A stretch of DNA of 61,911 nucleotides, counting the filler, from Cladosporium halotolerans (Eukaryota): the NCBI RefSeq assembly GCF_011745625.1. It is 6 parts of 6 records of this genome, joined end to end, with 100 filler letters (N's around TTAATTAATTAA, not from the genome) between each part and the next. Parts side by side here need not be neighbours in the genome. Positions count along the whole stretch, not along the records: positions 10,688 to 21,170 come from NW_027191595.1; positions 21,271 to 31,454 come from NW_027191596.1; 4 more parts are not named here. The stretch is one strand, 5' to 3'. Position 1 is the first letter of the stretch. Every line of letters begins with the position of its first letter. Below the pieces are notes generated by a model. The model made no database searches, was not told the origin of the DNA, and worked only from the letters and a program-made list of their open reading frames with translations. Made by a program: the position numbers and the translations under genes. Positions 10,787-22,199 of this stretch are shown here, piece by piece.

Positions 10787-11971
10787 AGCCTGGGATCACA
10801 CTCGCCCAGTTGAGGTGCTCCTCACCAGCGGGTATGGCCACCCACTACCTTGGGTGCTACACGAGTTCAAGCCGGCGACTGCAGAGCTGCTAAAACAATA
10901 CCAATACCTTCAAGATGTCGATACAGGCCAGTCTGTGCGCTTCGAAAAGTGGTCTCCTCCATTGGGCATCATCAAGTTGGATCCTAGCCATGTCTGGCGG
11001 TTCGAGAGATACCTTGATGAGCTCATGACCGTTGAGCATCTGTCTGACTTGCCCTGGACATGTTTTGAAGAGGAAAGCCAATTCGATGATTTCCAAGCAA
11101 CCATGCTTGATATGATCTGCAAGCTCTACCTCGCAACGATCGATCGTGATGTAAGCAGATCACACGCTCCACCAAGATCCACCGTCCTAACGTGATTCAT
11201 CAGCTCCGAAATCTCCTTCACCAGCTCATACGCATGGTCATCATCACCCACATCATGGGCCATACCCTCACAATCACCGCAGAAACGCTTCCTACGGTTC
11301 ATAAACACCTCAAGAACCGCGGAAAACCCGCACAACTAGCTTCTCAAACCTCGCCTCGCCTCGCCAACCGCCAGCTAAAATTCTTTTTCCACATCCTTCG
11401 CAACCAGAGCTATGAGGAAGTCCTCAAATGGCAACAAGAAACCCTCCAAATGAGCGGCAACAGAAACTCAACCTGGCTTCCCGCCTTCTGCGTCATGCTC
11501 GTCCTCGCAATGGTGCTCGAAGAGGTCCAACGCACCATCCAGATCCAAGCCGACGCCAAAGTCCAGAAGCTCGAGCGCTCCTCCAACGAAGCCCAGCTGG
11601 AAGCCCGCAACGCTTGTGAGCGCATCGATTCTCACTTCGCACTGCTCGTCCGTCTATTACAGTGCAAATACCGCGACAAAACATGGGTGCCAGAGGGCAG
11701 TTTCGGTCCACACACCCCACTGCTGCGAGACGCGGTCGGGCACAAATTTTGTAGGGATCTGAGGGATTTGCTTGTAGGATCGGGTGAGTCAATCCTGTTG
11801 CCTTCCTCGTATTGCCTTGCGGCAGAGTATCTTATAGGAGACTGACACAAACCTCCAGAGGATCACCTCCGCTCCCGTAAAGACGTGACATTCTCGTCCG
11901 AAAACCAATGCCGGTACACATCACGGCTGGTCGGCCGCTTTCTCGTACCTTTCCTGGGTCTGCCAAGCTAG
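10787..11971 (+). CDS. 3' part of a spliced fungal gene (possibly a Zn2Cys6 transcription-factor C-terminal region), interrupted by the hAT-like end
   Basis: Frame is open from the junction (AWDHTRPVEVLLTSGYG..). Introns 11151-11203 and 11784-11858 have canonical GTAAGC/GTGAGT donors and CTAAC/CTGAC branch sites. Ends ..FLVPFLGLPS* at 11971. The family call is weak. Confidence 0.6.
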
Positions 11972-13591
11972 AATGACCATTTGGATGGACGCTTTCTTTT
12001 GCCCGGGTTTGGCCTGGCGGACAGGAAGGATATATTGCGTGATAGTACGTATCGTATCTGTGGTTTTGTTGGTCACCCCCGGCCAATCGCCCCTGAACGA
12101 ACACCAAGCGTAGAGTAACAGATTGTGCAATCTTTCCTGGCTCTCCAGACATCCGCTCATGAGAAGCCAGAATTCCTGCCATGTCTGTTTATCGTTGATC
12201 ATTCCATGTTGGCTTTAGCCATTCCCCCATCGTCAAACAAGCGTCGCAATCGGGCTTTTCCCTGGAGTCAGTATACCATGCTTGCCCGGAATTCGATACA
12301 GCTGAAGACCATGCGAAACCTCAGTCCTCTGCGATCACGTGACGACCGTGAGATCAGGCGATGAAAGCACGATCGGGAGTCTTGGGCTGTCACCGTGCTT
12401 TGCCACGTATAGTGCAAAGAAGAATCTTTTCGCAGCGGACTGACGCTTTTGCAAGTCCTGACCTCAGTGTCTCTTCGGTGTTTGTCTCTTCGTTTCTGAT
12501 AATCATACTGTATACAAGCTGTTCAGACAACCCAATCCCCGGCTATGCGCCAGGCACTTTATTGGTCTTCCTCTGTGCTCTCGCGTTTTTCTTATCATAC
12601 CTCCGATTCTGCTCGCCATCCCGACTTGATCAAGCCGCGACGATGTTCGCGGCCGACGCCCTCCCTAGCTCTTGCGTGTGGTCACATCTGCTGATTCTTC
12701 TCCTTTCCTCGCCTCGATCCTCTCCGTTGTTTTCTCCTCCCTCCATGTCTCGCAGGCTGGCCACCCCCAATACGAGAGGTGTGCACTGTCTGGTCCATGT
12801 TGCCAGCCTCCCTTACTTGTACCGGCTTGCGTTGTCCTGGTGGCCTCGCAGGGCAGCAGGATGTTCGTAGCCGATACCACATAGAGGTAGATCTCGTGGT
12901 TGGCCTCGGCCGATTATTGCCGTGCACCGCCGCGTCGCGAGGACGCGTCTCTCGCGTCAGACGAGACTACGCATATTCGTCGAACTCAAGCTACTTCCAC
13001 GGCCATTCGAAGTCCGCAGTCCTCATTGCGAAGGCTCATCCAGGCCTCTTGATGCGAGAAATCGATGTGGGATAACTCATAGGCAACGGTGTTGCTCCAA
13101 AGCACCTGACGGCAGAACGACGCGGGATTTGTGCACACACGCCAAATGGCTTCGGAAGTTGCGTTTGATGAAGCACTGCGTGCATTCAGCAACTTGCCTG
13201 ACAAAGGCAACGTCGACTTTGACCCGAGCGCAATGAACTCCGCTGGAATATTCCACCCCAGGGCTGATGGCTTGCCTATGCAGGCGAGCGAACTGGGCGA
13301 AGTGAGCACTCCGCATACGTCACATGTTCCCGCCAAACCACAGCAAGATGATAGTACTGTACTGCACTGTACAGTATTGACCCAAGGAATGCTCGAATTG
13401 GAGAGGAAAGGGATCAAAAAGTGGGGAGGGGGGCTCCGATTGAACTGGCCCCCCTCCCCCCTCTTCACGGCGACCACTCAAGTACAACCACATCTAAGAC
13501 TGTTATAAGGTACGAAGTCCAACCACCACTATTTCTTCACAACAGCGTCCTGCGTGACGGTGTTTGTATCCGGCCAAGCGCTCGCACCATC

Positions 13592-15391
13592 ATGGACTTA
13601 TACGCTGCTTTCGCGATCGGTTTTCTTGGCGTATTTGGCGCCTTCTTGCTGCTTCGTGTCGCGACAAGGATCTCTAGGACAACATACTCACGTATTTCAA
13701 GATGGTGGACCCGATACATAGTGACATCGCGTGTGTTCAAGTCGCATCATACCTTCAATCCGACACGCGCTCAGCTTATATGCCTTGTCGTTCATTTGGC
13801 GGTCACTGCATTCTACAATGCTTTCCGTGTCCAGACTATACCGCAGGCTTCTACAAGGGCAGGTCAACTTTGCTTACTCCATGTCGTCCCGCTTTTGTTC
13901 CCTATGCAGGTCGCCTACGCCTCATACGTACTTGATATCTCTCTTGGTAATGCAAAGTATGCTCACGTCGCTCTGGGTATCACGGCGATTATCCAAGGCT
14001 GCTTGCATTGCATTCTACAGTATGTGCAAGGAAGTCAGCTGCAGAAAATGAGCGTCTCCCAGATATTAGTACGTGAGACCAAACATTCGTGACTTGCCGC
14101 TTCACTAACTCCAAGTTACAGGCGATTGCAGCACTTGCCACTCTTCTGTTGTCACCCCTATTCAAACGCCACCTATACGAGCTGTTTCTGCATTTGCATC
14201 AGGTCGCAACAATAGCGCTTGTTGTGGCACTTTGGATCCACACTAAAACAGAAGAAACGCAAAGCCGCGCACTGCTGTTAGCAGGCACTGTTCTCTATAT
14301 CACTTTGTGGCTCCTGCAAATTGTGAGGGCTTTGTATATCAATATTGGGATCAATTGGAGGACCGGATGCTCTGGTTACCGATCGAACCACATCACACTC
14401 TTCAGATACGAAGGGGGCGTGTGGATTTTACCTATCCATCTCGCCCGAACTAGGAGCATCCGACCAGGAAAGTATGTGTTCCTCACATTTTTCGTTTGGA
14501 GGCACGTTTCATTAATGCAAAGACATCCATATATGGTTGTGTGGCAAGACGACTTACCCGAAGAGTCGGTAGTTTACATTCTCTTGGATGGCCACAAGGG
14601 ATGGACAAAAGCGCTGATCAAAGGGCTATTAGGGGATTTTGTGAGGAAGATGGCCAAAGAGGAAAGCGAGAAGCACGTGATCGAAGGCATCAACGTCAAC
14701 GAAGCCAAGGTCGACAAGAGTGTAAAAAAGGTTGACATCGATGTGGGGAAGCTAAGAGTATGGTTCAGTGGATCCTACGGAAGAACTTTCGATAGTGGAT
14801 CGCATGACCTCTGCAATCATGACAACGTGCTGCTACTCGCGGAAGGAATGGGAATCTTGGCCCACTTGCCGCTGATGAAGCGTCTTGTAGACAGATCAAA
14901 GTCTACCATCGTCAGAACCGACCGCGTCAAACTTGTCTGGGACACGAGAGGTATCTACCCTGTCCAAATTGGAAGCTGGCTCAACCAATTACTCGGAGAC
15001 AAAGACTTACCTAGAGATGTAAGGAATATGCCCTGTCGCTATAACGTTATGTCCTGTTCACTGATCTAAATGCAGTTCCTCCATGTGCATATGCACTTTC
15101 CAAAAGGTACGACGCCCGAACACGAAGCTAGCGCAGTCAGAGTGAAGTATTTCGATGTCAAGATGGACATAGAAGATTCCATCGAAGATGAGACTAGAGG
15201 ATTGCCGAAGAAGATCGCGATAGTCGGTAAGGATAGATTTCTTGCCAAGGCTGCATTAGCTAATATGGAAAGTGTCTGCTTCTGGAGACATGCGACACCA
15301 GATAAGAACTCAAGTCCTCAGATACGGTCAACATGACCTTCATTTGTTTGAGCATGATTTCCAACCTCAAACGAATGCGCTTGACCGGTAG
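13592..15391 (+). CDS. Ferric reductase-like (FRE/NOX family) transmembrane protein, four exons
   Basis: Exons 13592-14068, 14122-15018, 15076-15226, 15273-15391 are frame-consistent. TM helices with His; motifs YELFLHLH, RPGKYVFL, QRHPYMV (FAD), SGSYG, LLLAEGMGI (NADPH), FEHDFQP. Confidence 0.88.
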
Positions 15392-16703
15392 AAAGAGATT
15401 ACCCGTTGTAGATAGTGGACCTTAATGAAAAGATTAACTTATTAAAATTATTGAAATACCGTGGTGCAAGCCTTCCAATGGCATGCACACTATCGGACAC
15501 CATATTAAGTTAACTTACTATAACGTCTGATGGGGAAGCGGTACACGAAATTCGACTTATAACTTTTGACTTTTTATATTTAACCAACTTAACTCCTAAT
15601 TCAATAATTATAAATTTTCCGGATGCAGATTCGCGCGGACGCGGATTATAATGCGAGCTCACCGATACTGTCTTCCTCTTCCTCCTCCTCAGTTCCGGGG
15701 GTAGGGGTCCGCTTTTTACGCTTTTTACCCTTCTTTTTATCCTTAGCCTCCCTCTCTGCCTTCTCGACTCCTTCGACTATTTCCTGTGATGAATGGGAGT
15801 ACTGCCCTTTTAGAACGACCTTTTTACCCTTCTTAGCTTCTCGACGTCTCTTTAAAAGTACCGACTGCTCCTTAAGTTGTTTTTCTAAGATCGCGTTCTT
15901 AGTTTGGTCCTTTTCTGCGACCTCTGAAACTCGACTTATATAGCGTCTTGCAGGAGAAGCGATATTTGACTCTAAAACGATCGAATTGAGGAGAGCGTTC
16001 TTTTGCCTTAAGGTAGAGTCCTTAGGTGTTCTGCTCGATAGAATCGTTAAGTTCGGGGACCCAATTAAGTCGAGAATAGGGGGGTGTCGGGGGGCGAGGG
16101 TAGTTAGGCATAAGCTTCGAAATTGTCGTTTCTGCGTTGAGAGGGTCGCCGAGAAGCCTGATTCGATAGCTCCGACTCGGAATATACCCTCCCGGGCTGC
16201 TCTATAGCAGTGGATCCAGTCCTTTCGACTTATAGATAGAGCAGTATGAAAAAACCAAGAATCCAGTTCACAAGTCAACTTCCGTTTTAAAGGGCTAAAA
16301 CAAGCGACGTCGAGGGGTTGTTACTTATGCGAAGTATGCGGAGGTAGGCAAACAGGGTCGATATTACGCTCTAGGCAAAAAGAGAGGAACCTAGCAGTAA
16401 CGTGGCTTCTGTGTCCGTCAAATATAAGAAGGCGTCGAGAAGTGGGGTTAAGTCGAGTTCTAGGTTCAAAATGGACCTTCAACCATTCGAAACCGACTTC
16501 GTCGTTAGTCCAGCCTGACGTAGTAGTAGAGAATTGCCACTCTCGAGATAGTTCGGAAGGAATTCAGCCAGAATTGACGTTACTAGCCTTAAGAATGAGG
16601 AAGGGCTCTAGGGCGAAACCAGAAGCACTTATACACTCGATTGAAGTTATCCACTTCTTTCGGCCAGGTTGCTCCTTAAATTTCGACTTATTCTCTCGAG
16701 ATA

Positions 16704-19128
16704 ACGTCAATGATGGGGAAGTGGAACAGACCCTGGATTTCAAGCGCGTAAATCTCGTGTTTAATTTAACTTAAAACGCGTTAAAATTCAGAAAACTTGA
16801 CTTTTTAGATTATAATCCCTTAGTTTAGGTAACTATCTATATATATTAAGACTATTAGATGATACAAGCTAATATAGGTAGACTTATAACGCGTTATAAA
16901 AAAGGTGATTTAATTTTAGAATTCTTAGTTACAAATCTTAAGACTCAGATCTATTAACGTAAACCATTACCGAGACGGCCAAACCACCGAGACGGCCACT
17001 TTTCCTTGGCACGACCAACTTCACCTTTAACATAGTATGTCTCAACACAATAACGCGATGGCTGATCAACAAGAAGGCAGGATTGACCTTGCGATCCAGG
17101 CCTACCGTTCTCGCCAGTTTCGAAGCCTCCGACGCGCTGCTGCCGCCTTTAACGTTAAACACCAGAGGCTCTCTGATCGCATCAACGGAATCACGTTTCG
17201 ACCTAGTAACTTACGAGAGCTAACTGCCATAAGCTTACTTCGACCGAGGAGCAAACGATCATTCGATACATTCTTGACCTCGATTCACGAGAGCTCGCGC
17301 CCCGGCTGTGTGAGGTAACTGATATGGCGGATAAGCTGCTGGGTGCGCGTGGTGGGGAACCAGTGGGCAAGCGATTTCGTGACGCGTTCAGACGAGCTGG
17401 AAATGGCCTTCAATCGAGCAAAAGACCGCCAAAGATTACTCCAGGAAGATCCTGAAACAATTAACGTGTGGTTCAAGCTTGTGAGTGAGACCAGGGCCAA
17501 GTACGGCGTTCATGACAAAGATGTGCACAATTTCGACGAAACTGGCTTCCAGATGGGTATCATTGGGTCGATGAAAGCTGTCACTGGTTCTGAGAGACAT
17601 GCTCGGCTAGACCTTATCCAGCCGGGCGATCCAGAGTGGGTTACTGTCATCCAGAGCATCTGCGCCGCCGGGCACGCGACCCCACCATTCGAATATCATC
17701 TACAAAGGGCGCGTCCATATCTCTGCTTGGTACGAGGAGACTGATATACCGTGCAATTGGAAGCTTTCAGTTTCAGAGAACGGCTGGACAAACAACGCGC
17801 TTGGTCTTGAGTGGTTGAAGCACTTTGACGCGCATACTAGAGCGCGTTAGGTCGGGGGGTATCGGCTGCTGATTCTGGACGGCCATAAGAGCCACCTTAA
17901 CCAAGAGTTCAAAGACTATTGCCTCGAAAATAGGATCTTGACGCTCTGTATGCCGGCGCACTCGTCACATATCCTTCAGCCGCTTGATGTGGTCTGTTTC
18001 TCACCACTGAAGCGGAAGTACTCGCAACGCGTTCGGGACTTGGCACGTCGGCGTGTCTTCCATATCAACAAGGAAGGCTTCTTACCTGCCTTCAAGGGCG
18101 CGTTCTTTGACGTGTTTACCGCGGAGAACTGCAAGCAAGCCTTTGTAGCATCAGGGCTAGTCCCTGTGGACGCGTCAATGGTTCTCAACCGCCTAGAAGT
18201 ACGTCTTCGTACCCCACCAGCGCCTCTCGTACTAGAAACGCCATGGCAATCCAAGACTCCAAGTAATACAAACGAGTTTGGGTCGCAATCAAAGCTCGTG
18301 AGCGCCTCATTCACTCGGTCGCCAATTGCAGCCCAGCAGGGTTTCACACAGCTTGTCAAAGGAGCTGAATTGATGCTACACCAAAACGCGCTAATGAGCT
18401 CCCGGATTGCAGAGCTCGAAGAGCAATTAGAGGTGACGGGCAAGCGAAAAGCGCGCAAACGGAAGCGCATCCAGCATGGCGGTACGTTAGAGTATGGCGT
18501 GGTGTCTGTGCGGGTAGCCGCCGAAGCGACTGCGGCGCTCCAGCCATCTAAGAAGGCTCAGGGTGGGAATGGTTAACAAAGAGGTCAGCCAGCTTTACGG
18601 CACTGTAGAAACTGCGGAGGGACTGGGCACAACGCTAGAACACGTAAGAAGGATAGAGAAAGTGTTTCTAGGTCAGATGCAAGCGCTGTATCTATAGGTT
18701 CAGTATCTCATAGCGATAAATATGAGTCCTCGTGAATGGAGTTGGTCGTGCCAAGGAAAAGTGGCCGTCTCGGTGGTTTGGCCGTCTCGGTGATGGTTTA
18801 CGTTATCTATTAGTACCTAGTATAGCCATACAATTAGCTAAAATATGCTAAAAACCTAAGATTCTCTACTAGGAAACTTTGAAATTCTCTAAGAAACGCG
18901 TTTCAAACTTTCCTTATAAAATCAACTTATATAGGCCTTTATAACTAGCTACTCCCTAGCCCTATACTTCTAAGATCTTCTACATCGCTAATATAGACCC
19001 TAAATAAAATATATATCTAGTTTTGAAACAATAAAATTACTTTATTATTGAGATATTAGCGTTTTTATGTTTTGGACCCTGAATTTTGTTCCACTTCACT
19101 ATCTGTTCCACTTCCCCATCGTTGACGT
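16704..19128. mobile_element. Middle non-autonomous pogo derivative (~580 bp of its own sequence), strongly RIP-mutated
   Basis: TIRs ACGTCAA(T/C)GATGGGGAAGTGGAACAGA at 16704-16730 and 19102-19128; TA at 16702-16703 and 19129-19130; very AT- and TpA-rich interior. Confidence 0.9.
16957..18803 (+). mobile_element. Inner Fot1/pogo transposon, 1847 bp, transposase pseudogenised
   Basis: 64-bp TIRs with one mismatch (ACGTAAACCAT(T/C)ACCGAGACGGCCAAACCACCGAGACGGCC..); TA both sides. Transposase from 17037 in pieces (HNFDETGF, NGWTNN, LILDGH*SH, LQPLDV) with stops and frameshifts. Confidence 0.96.
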
Positions 19129-19800
19129 TACCAATACCTTAGAGGACTGTTTCACTCCTAGAGCGTAGCCAGTCTCGTCGAAGTTGAAAATCGACTTAGG
19201 AAGGTAAGTTAGTGGTTTTCGTTAATAAGTTGAGAAAGTTGTTCAAAAAATGCTTTTAAAACGTCGTGAGTTAGTCCCTCGGCCCGAGCACTCTCTAGGG
19301 CCCTTGAGAAGACCGACTCTAGCTCGGGGTTTCATTTCCGGAACCTATCTAGCCACCGTTTGCCTAGGGGCTTAATAGAAGTAGAAAGGGTCGAATTTTG
19401 ACGCGTTGCCTTTGAATTTCAAACGCGATCTCCTTAACGTGTCTTGAGGTAATAGGGTTTCCGAGTCGTGCGAGGTACTTGATATGGTCGAGAAGAACGT
19501 CCTCCTCGTTATTAGAAAGCGATTGCTGTTCTTCGTGCGATTCTACGCGTGATTTCCTTTCCTTAAGTCGATTTAAGAGCGTAGTAACTGGAATTTGCGT
19601 CGCGTTGGAACACGCGCGAATAGAGGGAGAAACGGTCATTCCGAAGGTCCTCTAGGGCCGCAAGGAGGTCAAAATTAGTATAGGAAGGCATAAGGAAGAA
19701 GAAAAAAGAACGCGTGAAAATTCAACTTATACGCGAAAGTAAGGGAGCAAAATTAGATGTCACGAAAATTTACGTACACGCGCTTTTACGCGAATATACC

Positions 19801-20805
19801 ACTGAAGACTCCCAAATCAAGATACAAACATGAATAGGGCTTTTGTAACGATGTTATACCAATATCCAATGTCAGCAGCTGAGGGGGAAAGGTAACTTAT
19901 CAAGTTATTGATGAATATGTGTTCTCGGACCCTTTGCCAAGCAAGCTGTTTGTCAAACAGAATTTCTAAGGCATCTTTTTGTTTTTTTGTTTGATAAACA
20001 CCCTGCTTTCTTTCAGCAGTTGCGCCGTCACCTTTTAAACCATGCGGGTTTTGCTATTCGTTGTTTCATCGATGGTGGCTCATGGTGTTGTCATTTACCT
20101 TCCGGATGCAAGGGGAACAGCTAAAGAAACATAAGTTAAACGATAGAATTTTGAATTTTGAATGCGAGATTGATATCTAAGTTACTCTGTTGTGAGAGTT
20201 AAAATAGTATGAACTGAGAAATGTCTCTCCTTTTCAAGCGTCTATGAACACTGTTGAACAAACGAGCAGCTACGTGCTTATGTAATTGAACGAATGAACA
20301 AATGTGTCTGTTCGTTCAGCGTGTTCGTCGTGTTCAGTGCGCCAATTATGCCTGCCCCAACCCTAACCCGCTCTCAAGCATTTGGTGAAGATGGCGACCG
20401 CAAATCCCAAGGTTCCCCAAGCGCATTTGACGGGCGGTCACGCATCCTGCGTCATACAAAGCTTAGCATGATCGCTCGACACGATGCTCATTACCACACA
20501 CCGAATGTACATGTTGACATCCTTCATAGGAATTGGAAGCAGCTAAAGCACAGTAGGGTGACGACGCTATAGGATGTCGAATATAGTTTCCAATCTGAAT
20601 GCCGACATCACCGAATAGAAGGTCGACATAAAGTCGACGCGGGAGCATGGGAAGACTATTCCCGATGTGGAAGGTATGGTTCGTGCACTAAACGAACGAT
20701 GAACACACGAGCGGACCCTGAACAAATGAACAAAGCCTGCCCAGAAAGCCAAACGAACGAGCACTACGTCTGTTCGGTGTTCGTTTGTTCATTGCCCAAC
20801 CTCCA
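19801..20805 (-). mobile_element. Relic DNA-transposon end (hAT-like) with GAAC/GTTC subterminal repeats
   Basis: Minus strand starts TGGAGGTTGGGCAATGAACAAACGAAC. Dense AACGAAC/GTTCGTT clusters at ~20245-20340 and ~20690-20790. A possible decayed coding relic lies further in. Confidence 0.5.
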
Positions 20806-21170
20806 GACAAGGGACGTTCAATCCTAGCTTTGTTCGCGCGCAAAGTACCTCAGCAAGAAGGCTAGTTATAACCCTGAACCAGAACTAACTTACACTTGGT
20901 TTTGCAACGGAAACCCAGCTCAGGGTGCTTGCGGGGTGCTGAGCAAGCTTGCGGACTCGACGGAAGAGAAAATCACAGATTTTCGTCATATGCTTCTGAC
21001 GCCACCGTGGTATTACAACGACACAACGGAGGAGTGAGGAACAGCTAGAACAGCTCACGTTGTTCGCAAGGACCATAGACGGTACCGCCGAAGGCAACAG
21101 CTTCGGAGCGGGCGTCGCGTGGGAAGCGCAAGGCTGCTGGAGAAGAAAGGCAGCGTCACTCGGCAGATAT
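20806..21170 (+). pseudogene. LINE ORF2 fragment (RNase H-like region)
   Basis: EQLTLFARTIDGTAEGNSFGAGVAWEAQGCWRRKAASLGRY parallels ITLFACAAKDTSFGAAVGW..DSLGKY in the LINE at 22177-26067. Confidence 0.75.
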
Positions 21171-21270
21171 NNNNNNNNNNNNNNNNNNNNNNNNNNNNNN
21201 NNNNNNNNNNNNNNTTAATTAATTAANNNNNNNNNNNNNNNNNNNNNNNNNNNNNNNNNNNNNNNNNNNN
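21171..21270. other. Artificial contig spacer
   Basis: N44-TTAATTAATTAA-N44. Confidence 0.99.
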
Positions 21271-22199
21271 ATGAGAACGCATGTGCAGACGACCTGCTTG
21301 GGTACGGGCCATTAGTCCTGACAGCAGCGCAAGAAGTGGACCCAACGATTATCGATGTCGAAAAGACAGAGAGGTGGCGCAAACTGCGAGTACACGGAGT
21401 CACGCTTGACCGCTACTTGAAGGAAGGCGGGCTAGGACTGGCACGAGAAGAGATCGAGCTGACAGGTGTTCCACTGGCGTACGAACCGCATTGGATCAAG
21501 AACGACACCCTTGCCGAGCGATTCCACACCGGAGCGATCAAGCAATCCACGCTGGTGGTGACGGTGAAGAGTAAGCAAGCCAGCGACACTATGCTTTCCA
21601 AGGGACTCTTGTTCGGTGGCAAACGCCACGAGGTTGAGAGATTCTGGCTGCCCGGGGAAGGCGGCATCTGCACGCACTGCTGTGGCCCTGACCACTTTGG
21701 CAAATGCGTCGAACAAGCCAAATGTTTCGTCTGCGCGGGCGAGCACGAGGGAGCCAGGCACAGATGTGCCACGACGGGCTGCGGAAAGAAGTCAGAACCG
21801 TGCGGTCACGAAGTTGCAAGGTGTGCGAATTGTGGAGGCCAGCATATGGCCACCTCTCGTCGATGCCCGGAAAGGATGCAGAGAGCCCGAAAGCACAAGG
21901 AGAAGCCAAGCACGGAGATGCGAAGCAGTCCCCCCACGACCTTGGAAGACCAAATAACGATCGCAAGGCAGGAAGCTGACGTAGAACATATGGACGAGGA
22001 TGTAGCTACAGCTGAGGCTGGAGGAACGAGCGCCACTCAACCGCCAGCGGTAACCATGAGAATGGCGGGGATGGGACCGAGCTCACCGTGGTCTGACTCA
22101 ACTTCGAACTCAGACCTCGACATTGAACCGTCAACCCCGACTCCAAGAGGTAAAGGACAGACTCCGATGTCAGTTGATGATGATAGTGCTGCAACATAA
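21271..22199 (+). CDS. LINE ORF1 gag-like protein, 5'-partial
   Basis: Knuckles CTHCCGPDHFGKC, CFVCAGEHEGARHRC, CANCGGQHMATSRRC. Confidence 0.9.

Larger units (their letters stand above)
15523..19800 (-). mobile_element. Outer pogo-like transposon, RIP-mutated, split by nested insertions (segments 15523-16703 and 19131-~19800)
   Basis: TA+ACGTCTGATGGGGAAGCGGTACAC TIR-like end at 15523. Minus-strand translation is continuous across the insertion: FNFDETGYALGVKQSSKVL|VSRENK..GWTNDEVG..LLIFDGHRSH..QPLDV. The other TIR is not recognisable. Confidence 0.9.

Noticed and set aside
13423..13459. 11-bp G/C hairpin upstream of the ferric reductase
   Set aside because: Low-complexity stem; no evidence of function.
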